Shown here piece after piece: positions 51,682-61,901 of a DNA stretch of 64,000 nucleotides. Both the position numbers and the translations under genes were made by a program. The DNA is from an uncultured Flavobacteriaceae bacterium (GTDB lineage: Bacteria > Bacteroidota > Bacteroidia > Flavobacteriales > Flavobacteriaceae). The DNA is taken from the NCBI GenBank assembly GCA_963798435.1, contig CAWCTF010000005.1, forward strand, positions 44,169 to 108,168, read 5' to 3'. The notes under the pieces are model-generated. The model saw nothing but the letters and a program-made list of their open reading frames with translations, had not been told where the DNA came from and did not search any database. Every line of letters starts with the position of its first letter. Positions within the stretch are counted from its first letter, which is position 1.

Positions 51682-52744
51682 AATTATCGGCCTCATGTCG
51701 GGAACTTCACTTGACGGTCTGGATCTGGCCTATTGCCATTTTTGGCAAGCCGAAGGTACCTGGCAATTTAAAATTATGAATTCGAATAGCCTTGCTTATA
51801 CCACCGAAATGCGCACAAAATTGAAGGATGCGGTATTTCTTCCTGCCGATGCGTTATTACAATTTCATACGGTCTATGGCACTTGGTTGGGCGAACAAGT
51901 AAAATCTTTTATAGACACAAATCGATTGGATGTAGATTTGATATCCAGTCACGGGCACACAACGCACCATAGACCTGAAAAAGGATTTACTTTTCAAATT
52001 GGATCAGGCCAGCACGTTGCCAATGTAAGCCAAAAAACCGTCGTTTGCGATTTTCGAACCAATGATGTATCGCTCGGTGGACAAGGCGCACCTTTGGTAC
52101 CCATTGGCGATAAAATGTTGTTTGGAAGTTATAATTTCTGTTTAAATCTGGGTGGTATCAGCAACATATCGTTCGAAAAAAAAGAAAAACGAATCGCCTA
52201 TGATATCGGACTTGCAAATATGATCCTGAACTACATTAGTCGAAAAAATGGTCTAGAATATGATAAGGGAGGAAAATTGGCAAAAACAGGAAAAATCAAT
52301 TCTGGGCTGTTGCGGCAATTGAATCAGCTTGCGTTTTATGCATTACCCTTCCCAAAATCAATCGGATATGAATGGTTCGTGGCTGAAGTAATGCCCTTGG
52401 TAGACAGAACCCCCGATTCACTTGAAAATCTGTTATGTACCGCGATCCACCATATTTGCGAACAAATTTCAGCACAAATTTTACCCCATGCATTGACTTC
52501 CCCTAGCACGGTATTGATTACGGGGGGAGGAGCGCTTAACGATTTTTTGATCGAGGTTTTACAAGAGAAATTGGGACCCGGCATTCAGTGCATCATCCCG
52601 GTCAAACAGCTGATCGATTTTAAGGAAGCCCTGATTTTTGCCTTAATGGCAGTCCTTCGGGTGGAAGGTAAAACGAATGTACTTTGTTCAGTTACCGGGG
52701 CCCTCCGGGATTCGTCGAGTGGGGTGATTTACCTTCCAAATTAG
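51668..52744 (+). CDS. anmK: Anhydro-N-acetylmuramic acid kinase
   Basis: 358 aa. The N-terminus GLMSGTSLDGLDLA is the hallmark of AnmK. The gene overlaps the nagZ stop by 14 nt. Confidence 0.9.
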   Translation: MKVYKIIGLMSGTSLDGLDLAYCHFWQAEGTWQFKIMNSNSLAYTTEMRTKLKDAVFLPADALLQFHTVYGTWLGEQVKSFIDTNRLDVDLISSHGHTTHHRPEKGFTFQIGSGQHVANVSQKTVVCDFRTNDVSLGGQGAPLVPIGDKMLFGSYNFCLNLGGISNISFEKKEKRIAYDIGLANMILNYISRKNGLEYDKGGKLAKTGKINSGLLRQLNQLAFYALPFPKSIGYEWFVAEVMPLVDRTPDSLENLLCTAIHHICEQISAQILPHALTSPSTVLITGGGALNDFLIEVLQEKLGPGIQCIIPVKQLIDFKEALIFALMAVLRVEGKTNVLCSVTGALRDSSSGVIYLPN

Positions 52745-52804
52745 GAAGTAGCGCGCAATTACTTATATTAGTAGGTACAATACAAAAACGAATCGTACTT
52801 AAGC

Positions 52805-53065
52805 ATGTCTGAAAAACAAAAAAAAGCAACGGCGTATTGGAAAGTGAACGTTCGATACCTCACCATATTATTAACGATCTGGTTCCTTGGTTCCTATGGT
52901 GCTGGTATTCTATTTAAAGATGCCCTTGACACCTTTCATATGGGCGGCTTCAAAGTCGGATTTTGGTTTGCACAGCAAGGCGCCATTTATCTATTCGTGC
53001 TTTTGATTTTCGTGTATGTTCGCCTAATGAACAAATTGGATAAAAAATATGGCTATGATGATTGA
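52805..53065 (+). CDS. DUF4212 small subunit of a solute:sodium symporter
   Basis: 86 aa with two TM segments. The pattern YWKVNVRYLTILLTIWFLGSYG...GFWFAQQGAIYLFVLLIF is typical of DUF4212. Confidence 0.8.
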   Translation: MSEKQKKATAYWKVNVRYLTILLTIWFLGSYGAGILFKDALDTFHMGGFKVGFWFAQQGAIYLFVLLIFVYVRLMNKLDKKYGYDD

Positions 53066-53261
53066 ACTGATTCAACAATCAAGATGCAGCCAATAGCCAT
53101 AAAATATGAATGATGTACAGGGACCACAATACAGTGTACTATATCAAGCGTAGATGCCAGAAAGTGGCGAACCATTCTAGATTCAATGCTGAATTTAAAA
53201 GGGCCGAAGTACGAATTGCATTGTAGGCACAATTTGCATTAACCGATTAACCGAAACAATA

Positions 53262-54956
53262 ATGAGTGTTCAGACCTGGACGTATATTTTAGTTGGAGTC
53301 ACTTTCACCCTTTATATAGGCATTGCCATATGGTCACGGGCCGGCTCCACCAAGGAATTTTATGTGGCTGGCGGAGGGGTTTCCCCTTGGGCCAATGGAA
53401 TGGCAACCGCAGCCGACTGGATGTCAGCAGCTTCATTTATTTCTATGGCCGGTATCATTGCATTTGCTGGGTATGATGGTTCTGTGTATCTAATGGGCTG
53501 GACGGGTGGCTATGTGCTCCTTGCCCTTTTACTTGCACCCTATTTGCGCAAATTCGGAAAATTTACGGTACCCGATTTTATAGGGGATCGCTATTATTCA
53601 AAAACCGCTCGCATTGTTGCAGTGCTCTGTGCCTTGATAATATCATTTACCTATGTGGCAGGTCAAATGCGTGGTGTTGGGGTCGTGTTTTCTAGATTTC
53701 TTGAGGTCGATATTGAAACTGGCGTGGTCATTGGGATGGTCATCGTGCTATTCTATGCCGTATTGGGGGGAATGAAAGGAATAACCTATACCCAAGTTGC
53801 ACAATATTGTGTATTAATTTTTGCGTTCATGGTGCCGGCTATCTTTATTTCCATCCAGATGACAGGAAATCCGATTCCCCAATTGGGAATGGGATCTACC
53901 TTGAACGATGGCACCGGAATGTATCTTTTAGAAAAATTAGACGGACTTTCTGCCGAGCTCGGTTTTAATGCATATACGAATGGCTCCAAGTCAATGATCG
54001 ATATTTTTGCAATTACCCTTGCCCTTATGGTAGGTACTGCCGGGCTTCCGCATGTAATCGTTCGCTTCTTTACCGTAAAACGCGTTCGGGATGCCAGAAA
54101 ATCAGCAGGTTTGGCGCTCTTACTTATTGCCATTTTATACACAACGGCACCTGCCGTGGCCGCATTCGCAAAGACAAATCTGATTAAGACCGTGAGCGAT
54201 CAAAACTATTCCGAGATGCCAAGCTGGTTTAAAAATTGGGAGAAAACCGGGTTGTTGACCTTTGACGATAAAAACAAGGATGGAAAAATTCAATATGTGG
54301 CCGATAAAGAACGCAATGAGTTAAAAATAGATAATGACATCATGGTCCTTGCCAACCCAGAAATCGCCAATTTGCCTGCTTGGGTAATAGCCTTGGTGGC
54401 TGCCGGCGGACTGGCGGCCGCTTTGTCTACCGCCGCAGGCTTGCTATTGGTTATTTCATCATCGGTATCCCATGACTTAATAAAAAAAGTTTTCAGTCCT
54501 GGTATTTCAGATAAGGGCGAACTATGGGCCGCACGTATTTCGGCTACCGTTGCGGTGGTCGTCGCTGGATATTTTGGTATAAATCCGCCTGGTTTCGTCG
54601 CAGCAGTAGTGGCTTTGGCTTTTGGTCTGGCGGCTGCTTCTTTCTTTCCGGCCATCGTACTTGGAATTTTTTATAAAAAAATGAATCGGGAAGGCGCGGT
54701 AGCCGGAATGATCGTGGGTATGCTCTTGATGCTATTTTATATGATGAAATTCAAATTCGGCATGTTCGGAGGGGGGACTTCGAAGGAATGGTGGTTCGGT
54801 ATTTCTCCTGAAGGTTTTGGTTCACTGGCCATGATCGCCAATTTTGTTGTTTCGATACTCGTAATGAAGTTTACACCTGAACCTCCTGTAGAGGTTCAGG
54901 AAATTGTAGAGGATATTCGAATTCCCAGTGGTGCTCGAGAAGCCATTGGTCATTAA
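53262..54956 (+). CDS. Sodium:solute symporter large subunit (VC_2705-type, acetate/monocarboxylate-like)
   Basis: 564 aa with about 13 TM segments and SSF motifs (GGMKGITYTQVAQY, GLPHVIVRFFTV). It lies between the DUF4212 gene and acs. Confidence 0.88.
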   Translation: MSVQTWTYILVGVTFTLYIGIAIWSRAGSTKEFYVAGGGVSPWANGMATAADWMSAASFISMAGIIAFAGYDGSVYLMGWTGGYVLLALLLAPYLRKFGKFTVPDFIGDRYYSKTARIVAVLCALIISFTYVAGQMRGVGVVFSRFLEVDIETGVVIGMVIVLFYAVLGGMKGITYTQVAQYCVLIFAFMVPAIFISIQMTGNPIPQLGMGSTLNDGTGMYLLEKLDGLSAELGFNAYTNGSKSMIDIFAITLALMVGTAGLPHVIVRFFTVKRVRDARKSAGLALLLIAILYTTAPAVAAFAKTNLIKTVSDQNYSEMPSWFKNWEKTGLLTFDDKNKDGKIQYVADKERNELKIDNDIMVLANPEIANLPAWVIALVAAGGLAAALSTAAGLLLVISSSVSHDLIKKVFSPGISDKGELWAARISATVAVVVAGYFGINPPGFVAAVVALAFGLAAASFFPAIVLGIFYKKMNREGAVAGMIVGMLLMLFYMMKFKFGMFGGGTSKEWWFGISPEGFGSLAMIANFVVSILVMKFTPEPPVEVQEIVEDIRIPSGAREAIGH

Positions 54957-54991
54957 TTTTTTTTTAATTTTATAGGAGATAGTACGCACCC

Positions 54992-56899
54992 ATGAGCAAT
55001 TACCATATAAAACACTTAGAGGAATACTTTCAAGTTTATCGAAAATCGGTTCGCAATCCCGAGGCATTTTGGGAGGAAATCGCCGAAGAACATTTTGTTT
55101 GGCGAAAAAAATGGAACAATGTGCTGAGCTGGGATTTTACAAAGCCCGAAATTAAATGGTTCGAAGGTGCGAAACTTAACATCACTGAAAACTGTATAGA
55201 TCGCCATATCCCTACACGCGGTGATAAGACGGCGATTATCTTTGAGCCCAATGACCCCCTTGAAGCAACTCAAAGCATAACATATAGGCAGTTACATGAA
55301 CGTGTTTGCCGAATGGCGAATGTGCTCCTCGACCAAGGTGTCAAAAAAGGGGATAGGGTCTGTATTTATCTCCCCATGATTCCGGAATTGGCCATTGCAG
55401 TTTTGGCTTGCGCCCGCATAGGCGCCATTCACTCGGTCGTATTTGCCGGATTTTCAGCCAATGCCCTCTCAACACGTATCAATGATTCTGATTGCAAAGT
55501 GGTCATGACCTCAGATGGTTCATATCGCGGCAATAAAAGTATCGATCTAAAAGGTATTGTAGACAAAGCCCTGGAAGATTGCCCAGGCGTACGAACTGTT
55601 TTGGTAACAAAACGCATTGGGAGCAAAATCAAAATGAAAAAAGGGCGAGACTTATGGTTGCAGCCTTTATTGGATGAAGCATACGCCGACTGTGTGGCCG
55701 AAGTAATGGATGCAGAAGATCCGTTATTCATCTTATATACTTCCGGCTCCACTGGAAAACCAAAAGGAATGGTGCATACAACCGCCGGTTACATGGTCTA
55801 CACGGCCTATACCTTTAAAAACATATTTCAATATCGGGAAGAGGATGTTTACTGGTGTACCGCCGATATTGGATGGATTACGGGCCATTCCTATATCGTT
55901 TATGGTCCATTGGCCAATGGGGCAACTACCCTCATGTTCGAAGGGGTTCCCTCCTATCCAGATTATGGCCGCTTCTGGGAGATAATCAAAAAACACAAGG
56001 TGAATCAATTTTATACCGCACCTACTGCAATAAGGGCTTTGGCCAAGGAGAGTTTGGAATATGTAGAGAAACACGATCTTTCTTCCCTAAAAGTGCTGGG
56101 TTCTGTAGGGGAACCTATCAACGAGGAAGCCTGGCATTGGTATAACAACAATATCGGCAAACGAAAAAGCCCTATTGTAGATACTTGGTGGCAGACCGAG
56201 ACTGGCGGAATCATGATCTCACCCATCCCATACGTAACGCCAACTACGCCGACCTATGCTACCTTGCCCTTTATTGGGGTGCAACCTGCATTAATGAATG
56301 AAGAAGGTGAAGAAATAAAGGGGAATCAAGTCTCGGGAAGGCTTTGTATAAAATTTCCATGGCCCTCGATCGCAAGGACCATTTGGGGAGACCACGATCG
56401 GTATCGGGATACCTATTTCTCAGCCTACAAAAATAATTACTTCACGGGAGATGGGGCATTACGGGATGCAGTCGGTTATTATCGAATAACAGGCCGTGTC
56501 GATGATGTGATCATTGTTTCCGGTCACAATTTGGGAACGGCTCCCATTGAAGATTCTATTAACGAACATCCTGCCGTAGCCGAATCTGCCATTGTTGGAT
56601 TTCCACACGATATCAAGGGAAATGCACTTTACGGATTTGTAATATTGAAGGAGTTCGGGGAAACCCGGGATCGGGACAACCTCCGCAAAGAAATCAACCA
56701 ACAAATAACCGAGCATATCGGGCCCATCGCCAAGCTAGACAAAATACAGTTCGTTAGCGGCTTGCCAAAAACACGAAGTGGTAAAATTATGCGAAGGATC
56801 TTGCGGAAGATTGCTTCGAAAGACACAAGTGATCTAGGCGACATTAGCACACTTCTTAATCCGGAGGTTGTCAAGGAAATCCTTGATAATTCGCTCTAA
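54992..56899 (+). CDS. acs: Acetyl-CoA synthetase (AMP-forming)
   Basis: 635 aa with YTSGSTGKPKG, WWQTETGG, TGDGALRD and LPKTRSGKIMRR. Confidence 0.95.
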   Translation: MSNYHIKHLEEYFQVYRKSVRNPEAFWEEIAEEHFVWRKKWNNVLSWDFTKPEIKWFEGAKLNITENCIDRHIPTRGDKTAIIFEPNDPLEATQSITYRQLHERVCRMANVLLDQGVKKGDRVCIYLPMIPELAIAVLACARIGAIHSVVFAGFSANALSTRINDSDCKVVMTSDGSYRGNKSIDLKGIVDKALEDCPGVRTVLVTKRIGSKIKMKKGRDLWLQPLLDEAYADCVAEVMDAEDPLFILYTSGSTGKPKGMVHTTAGYMVYTAYTFKNIFQYREEDVYWCTADIGWITGHSYIVYGPLANGATTLMFEGVPSYPDYGRFWEIIKKHKVNQFYTAPTAIRALAKESLEYVEKHDLSSLKVLGSVGEPINEEAWHWYNNNIGKRKSPIVDTWWQTETGGIMISPIPYVTPTTPTYATLPFIGVQPALMNEEGEEIKGNQVSGRLCIKFPWPSIARTIWGDHDRYRDTYFSAYKNNYFTGDGALRDAVGYYRITGRVDDVIIVSGHNLGTAPIEDSINEHPAVAESAIVGFPHDIKGNALYGFVILKEFGETRDRDNLRKEINQQITEHIGPIAKLDKIQFVSGLPKTRSGKIMRRILRKIASKDTSDLGDISTLLNPEVVKEILDNSL

Positions 56900-57019
56900 T
56901 GCTCGTTTGGGAAGTCATTTTCATACCTTGAACCATGAAAATAGCTTTAAGGGTTGTTTAACGCCCATGATTGCTTCGATTTGTAATGATTTGGCTTTGT
57001 TCCCTGATACCCTTGTCGG

Positions 57020-58240
57020 TTATTCGATACGCACCTTACCGATTAAGGCCATGCGATTTCCGAACATTAAGAAGATTGCCAACGAAAGCAGGCCACAGAC
57101 CGAGAGGCCAGCGAATAATGGCCAAACAGAATCCTGAACGAAACCACCTATATAGGTAGCGATGGGAATGGATAAAATCGTGGAGACAAAACCGTTGATA
57201 GCGGCACCGATGCCCGCGATATGGCCGATAGGCTCCATAGCGATCGATCGAAAATTGCCCCACATAAATCCGAGGCAAAAAAATTGGGTAGACAAGAATC
57301 CTACCAATATCAAAACACTCGGATTCTTCGAGTTCCAGAACAAAAGAACATACAGCACCGCAATGGCACAAAAAGATGCCAAAGCCATAAAAGACAGTTT
57401 ACGCATCCCAAAACGCATTACCAAAGTGCCGTTTAAAAAAGTGGAGAGTCCGATTGATACCGCCAAACCCGCGAAGATATAAGGAAAGGTATCCTTGAGG
57501 CCGTATTGGTCTTCGAAGACATGCTGGGAAGCACTTAAATATACCAAAAAGGCCCCGGTGATGAGACCCGAGATCATCGTGAAAGCCATGGTCTCCCGAT
57601 AGCGAATAAATTCTTTAAGGCCATCGGTGAACACATGAGACGAAAATCGAATTCTATTCGCCATTTTTAAGGTTTCGGGCTGTCGTTTCCAGAACCAAAT
57701 TGCGATTAAAAGCCCAAAAAAAAGTTGCATATAAAATATTGCCCTCCACCCAATAGTATCTAGAATCAACTTTCCAATGGCCGGGGCGACCACAGGAACC
57801 AGGATGAAGAAAGCAGTCACAAATGACATGATCCTCGCCATATAATCGCCTTTGTACATATCACGTATGATCGATATCGTGACCGTTCTTGGTGCCGAGA
57901 GCCCGACTCCTTGTAATATACGCCCTATGAGCATTATTTCAAGATTGGGTGCTAAAATGCAAATCAAACTGGCAATACCAAAAATTACGAATCCGACATA
58001 CACTATGGGTTTTCTTCCAAAATTATCAGACAACGGGCCTAAAAAAAGTTGTCCTACTCCCAAGCCTAAAAAAATCATAATGATAAGCATCTGATTTTCA
58101 GTTGGGTCGAGGCTGTTGATCGAAATACCGATTTCGGAAATGGCCGGCAACAAGGCGTCTATTGCCAAGGCAACAATAGACATCAAAGAGGCCATCAGGG
58201 CAACGAATTCAAAATTGAGCACGGAATTGGGTCGCTTCAT
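57020..58240 (-). CDS. Bcr/CflA-family MFS efflux transporter
   Basis: The likely start is MKRPNSVL at 58240. It has 12 TM segments and an MFS motif A-like loop (GPLSDNFGRKP). Confidence 0.78.
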   Translation of the reverse strand: MKRPNSVLNFEFVALMASLMSIVALAIDALLPAISEIGISINSLDPTENQMLIIMIFLGLGVGQLFLGPLSDNFGRKPIVYVGFVIFGIASLICILAPNLEIMLIGRILQGVGLSAPRTVTISIIRDMYKGDYMARIMSFVTAFFILVPVVAPAIGKLILDTIGWRAIFYMQLFFGLLIAIWFWKRQPETLKMANRIRFSSHVFTDGLKEFIRYRETMAFTMISGLITGAFLVYLSASQHVFEDQYGLKDTFPYIFAGLAVSIGLSTFLNGTLVMRFGMRKLSFMALASFCAIAVLYVLLFWNSKNPSVLILVGFLSTQFFCLGFMWGNFRSIAMEPIGHIAGIGAAINGFVSTILSIPIATYIGGFVQDSVWPLFAGLSVCGLLSLAIFLMFGNRMALIGKVRIE

Positions 58241-58322
58241 GCGGCAAAAATAACCAATACCTAATGAAAGCATGTCAGTTTGAGTTCAATTTTGTTTAAA
58301 TAAAAGTTTGTTCCTAAAACTG

Positions 58323-58330
58323 TATTTTTG
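58323..58330 (+). promoter_or_regulatory. Candidate -7 box (TAttTTTG) for udk
   Basis: Exact TAnnTTTG match, ending 17 nt before the udk ATG at 58347. Confidence 0.35.
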
Positions 58331-58346
58331 ACTAAAATTAGCGAAT

Positions 58347-58955
58347 ATGCTTATAATTGGTATCGCTGGGGGTACGGGCTGTGGAAAAACGACGGTGGTC
58401 AAACAGATCATTGACGAACTTCCTATGGGCGAGGTAGGTGTCATCTCCCAGGATTCTTATTATAACGACCTCTCAAATATGACCTTGGAAGAGCGAAAGA
58501 AAACCAATTTTGACCACCCAAAATCAATTGATTTTGATTTGTTGGTTCACCATTTGGGTCAATTAAAGCAGGGACGCTCTATCGAGCAGCCTGTATATTC
58601 ATTTTTGGAATGCAATAGAACTTCCCAAACCGTCCGGGTGAACCCTACCAAAGTATTGCTGGTCGAAGGCATCCTAATTCTTACGCATCCAATGATTCGT
58701 GAAATATGCGATATTAAGATCTTCGTACATGCCGATACAGATGAACGTTTGATCAGAAGATTAAAAAGGGACATCAACGAACGCGGTTGGAGTCTCGATG
58801 AGACTTTACATTGCTACCAAAACATTTTAAAACCGATGCATGATCAGTTCATCGAACCTACCAAGGAATTTGCCGATATTATTATTCCGAACAACAAGTA
58901 CAATACGGTAGCGGTTGATATAGTGCGCACCATCATCAACGAAAAACTAGTTTAA
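58347..58955 (+). CDS. udk: Uridine kinase
   Basis: 202 aa with the P-loop IGIAGGTGCGKTT and NFDHPKSIDFDLL. Confidence 0.92.
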   Translation: MLIIGIAGGTGCGKTTVVKQIIDELPMGEVGVISQDSYYNDLSNMTLEERKKTNFDHPKSIDFDLLVHHLGQLKQGRSIEQPVYSFLECNRTSQTVRVNPTKVLLVEGILILTHPMIREICDIKIFVHADTDERLIRRLKRDINERGWSLDETLHCYQNILKPMHDQFIEPTKEFADIIIPNNKYNTVAVDIVRTIINEKLV

Positions 58956-58960
58956 AAGCC

Positions 58961-59293
58961 ATGGCCTTCAAGGAAATTAAAAAGAAAAAATGGTTTGGGA
59001 TACTTACTAACATGTATGTGCTCGTACTCACGGTTTTTGTAATATGGATGATTTTTTTTGACACGAATTCCTTACTTATTCATTTAGAGTTGAAAAAGGA
59101 GATTAAAACACTGGAAAAACAACAGGAGTTCTTGAAGGATGAAATCGCCAAGGACAAATTAATCATCGAAAAACTTTCAGATCCAAAGGAGCTCGAGAAA
59201 TTTGCACGGGAACATTATTATCTAAAGAAAAAGGATGAGGAAATATATCTTATCGAATATGAGGACAGTATTAAGACCGAACCCAAAAATTGA
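58961..59293 (+). CDS. Septum-formation initiator family protein (FtsB/DivIC-like)
   Basis: 110 aa with a single TM followed by a coiled coil (LKKEIKTLEKQQEFLKDEIAK). Its position after udk is conserved in Flavobacteriia. Confidence 0.7.
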   Translation: MAFKEIKKKKWFGILTNMYVLVLTVFVIWMIFFDTNSLLIHLELKKEIKTLEKQQEFLKDEIAKDKLIIEKLSDPKELEKFAREHYYLKKKDEEIYLIEYEDSIKTEPKN

Positions 59294-59548
59294 AGTCGTT
59301 TTGAGGCAATTATCTTACAATAAACCGATTCTTTCAGGATTTAACGAACTTTAGTCATTTTGTAGTTTGGAGCATGAAAATATGCTGTACGTCGAAGAAT
59401 CAAATAGTAGCATTGAGGGATGCGCATTGCCCATTTAAATTTTAACGCACTTTAACAGCAGGATGCCTAGATATTCACGTTGTGTTAACAAAATCGTTTC
59501 CCTAGCATTGTAAATAATCGTATTTTTACCCCTTAACTTACTAGGATA

Positions 59549-60322
59549 ATGGGCAAGATTATTGCTATTGCAAATCAAAAGGGCGGTGTTGGTAAAACCA
59601 CTACCACCGTTAATCTAGCAGCCTCATTGGGTGTTTTGGAAAAGAAGGTTCTGCTGATCAACGCAGATCCCCAAGCCAATGCCACCTCGGGCTTAGGTAT
59701 CGATGTTGATAGTATCGAGTTAGGTACGTATCAGTTGATAGAACACTCCAAATCAGCGGCTGAAACTATCATTCATACCTCTTCGCCCAATGTCGACCTT
59801 ATCCCTTCACACATAGATTTGGTGGCCATCGAAATTGAGTTGGTCGATAAGGAGGAACGGGAATACATGATGAAAAAGGCCATTTCAGATCTAAGAAATG
59901 TCTACGACTATATCCTAATAGATTGTGCTCCTTCGTTGGGTCTTTTGACTCTGAATGCCCTCACTGCGGCAGATTCGGTAATAATTCCCATCCAATGTGA
60001 ATATTTTGCGCTAGAAGGCCTTGGAAAATTATTGAATACAATAAAAAGCATCCAAAAAATACATAATCCTGATTTAGACATCGAAGGCATGTTATTGACC
60101 ATGTACGATTCTAGACTTCGTCTCTCAAACCAAGTTGTAGAGGAGGTTCGAAAACATTTTGGGGATATGGTCTTCGATACCATTATCCAAAGAAACGTTC
60201 GCCTTAGTGAAGCACCTAGCTATGGGGAAAGTATCATTAAATACGATGCTAGTAGCAAAGGAGCCTCCAATTATTTGAATATGGCAAACGAAGTGGTGCA
60301 GAAAAATAAGCAAACGGTTTAA
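59549..60322 (+). CDS. parA: ParA/Soj chromosome-partitioning ATPase
   Basis: 257 aa with the deviant Walker A KGGVGKTT. It is followed directly by parB. Confidence 0.92.
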   Translation: MGKIIAIANQKGGVGKTTTTVNLAASLGVLEKKVLLINADPQANATSGLGIDVDSIELGTYQLIEHSKSAAETIIHTSSPNVDLIPSHIDLVAIEIELVDKEEREYMMKKAISDLRNVYDYILIDCAPSLGLLTLNALTAADSVIIPIQCEYFALEGLGKLLNTIKSIQKIHNPDLDIEGMLLTMYDSRLRLSNQVVEEVRKHFGDMVFDTIIQRNVRLSEAPSYGESIIKYDASSKGASNYLNMANEVVQKNKQTV

Positions 60323-61225
60323 ATGGCGAAAGCGACTCGAAAACAGGCTCTAGGCCGAGGTTTATCAGCACTGTTGAAAGATCCGGAAAACGATATTCAA
60401 TCGGCAACCGATAAGAATGCCGATAAAGTGGTCGGTAATATCGTAGAACTTGATATTGACGCCATAGCGGTAAATCCGTTTCAACCCCGGACTAATTTTA
60501 ATGATGAAGCGCTCAACGAACTTGCTTCCTCCATCAAGGAATTGGGTGTCATACAGCCCATTACAGTTCGGAAAATCGAATTCAATAAATATCAATTAGT
60601 ATCGGGGGAAAGAAGGTATCGGGCATCTAAGCTCATTGGCTTGGAAACCATACCCTCCTATATACGAATTGCCAATGATCAGGAATCATTGGAAATGGCC
60701 CTTGTTGAAAATATTCAACGGCAAGACCTTGACCCCATTGAAATTGCCCTTTCCTATCAACGATTGATCGATGAAATTGAACTTACCCAAGAAAAATTAA
60801 GCGATAGGGTCGGGAAAAAACGTTCTACCATTGCCAATTATATGCGGTTGCTAAAATTAGACCCCATAATACAAACTGGGATTCGCGATGGCTTTATCAG
60901 TATGGGCCATGGTAGGGCATTGGTCAATATGGATGGGAAGGAAGACCAAATCGAGCTCTATGAAAAAATTGTCGGCGAAAATCTTTCGGTTCGGGAAACA
61001 GAGCAGGCTGTCAAGAACTATCAAACCGGAGTTTTTCGACAGAAAAGTGGAAAAAAACCTACGCATATCCCCGATTTCATAAGAAATGGCCGTCAGGAAC
61101 TCACAGAACATCTATCGGTAAAAGTAGCTATTAAGGCAGCTGGGAAAGGCAATGGCAAAATTACGATACCCTTTGGTTCTGAAGCCGAATTCAAGCAAAT
61201 ACTAAAACGTATCATAGGTGAATAA
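60323..61225 (+). CDS. parB: ParB/Spo0J partition protein
   Basis: 300 aa with the ParB box (PFQPR...VSGERRYRA) and an HTH (QEKLSDRVGKKRSTIANYMRLL). Confidence 0.92.
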   Translation: MAKATRKQALGRGLSALLKDPENDIQSATDKNADKVVGNIVELDIDAIAVNPFQPRTNFNDEALNELASSIKELGVIQPITVRKIEFNKYQLVSGERRYRASKLIGLETIPSYIRIANDQESLEMALVENIQRQDLDPIEIALSYQRLIDEIELTQEKLSDRVGKKRSTIANYMRLLKLDPIIQTGIRDGFISMGHGRALVNMDGKEDQIELYEKIVGENLSVRETEQAVKNYQTGVFRQKSGKKPTHIPDFIRNGRQELTEHLSVKVAIKAAGKGNGKITIPFGSEAEFKQILKRIIGE

Positions 61226-61898
61226 CAACCTATTTTCTCTAATCTTATGTTCACTTTTTACCACATTTGTCTTAGGACAACAGGTAAAGGATTCGACCAA
61301 TATTTCAGGAAAAAAAAGTAAGGATACGCATGAGATCGATTCGGTCAAAACGGAATTGAACAAGGAAGGTATCATACTTCAGGATAGTTTGATAGAAAAG
61401 AGAAAACCCATCAATCCACTAGCTCCCAGTAAGGCTGCATTTTATTCGGCCATCTTACCCGGACTAGGACAAATCTATAATAAACGCTATTGGAAAGTGC
61501 CAATCGTCTATGCCGCACTAGGTACCGGAATTTCGATATACCTGTTCAATGATGATAAATACGTGCGATTCAGATCTGCATTTAAAAGTAGGTTGGCCGG
61601 ATTCAATGATGACGAATTCTGGAATTTCCGGAATCCCGGCGGGCCTACACCGGCTACACCAGATTTACCAACGACCGCTTTGCAGGATGGCCAAGAACGC
61701 TACCAACGCGATCGTGATTTATCACTATTGGTAACCATTATCATCTATGCTTTGAACGTCGTGGATGCGAATGTAGATGCCCATTTAAAACAATTCAATG
61801 TCGATGAGGACCTTGGCCTGGATGTACAACCGTTCTTGGAAGTGGATCCGATTACCAATAAACCCAATTACGGAATGGCATTTGTAATAAATTTCTAA
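61218..61898 (+). CDS. DUF5683 domain protein
   Basis: 226 aa with a GTG start overlapping the parB stop. It has a signal sequence. AAFYSAILPGLGQIYNKRYWKVPIVY is typical of DUF5683, and its position between parB and dapB is conserved. Confidence 0.7.
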   Translation: MNNNLFSLILCSLFTTFVLGQQVKDSTNISGKKSKDTHEIDSVKTELNKEGIILQDSLIEKRKPINPLAPSKAAFYSAILPGLGQIYNKRYWKVPIVYAALGTGISIYLFNDDKYVRFRSAFKSRLAGFNDDEFWNFRNPGGPTPATPDLPTTALQDGQERYQRDRDLSLLVTIIIYALNVVDANVDAHLKQFNVDEDLGLDVQPFLEVDPITNKPNYGMAFVINF

Positions 61899-61901
61899 AA
61901 A

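Noticed and set aside
56917-56942. Hairpin attttcat/atgaaaat after acs, considered as a terminator.
   Set aside because: The stem is entirely AT-rich with a 10-nt loop and no T-tract. Support is insufficient.
59294-59548. Possible oriC or a small gene in the 255-bp region upstream of parA. This includes a 23-codon ORF at 59374..59445 (MKICCTSKNQIVALRDAHCPFKF) and an atgcgcat palindrome.
   Set aside because: There is no cluster of DnaA boxes; the best match, ttatcttaca, has two mismatches to TTATCCACA. There is also no dnaA or dnaN nearby and no marked AT-rich unwinding element. The mini-ORF has no supporting features. Only a near-consensus -7 box (tattttta) is seen.
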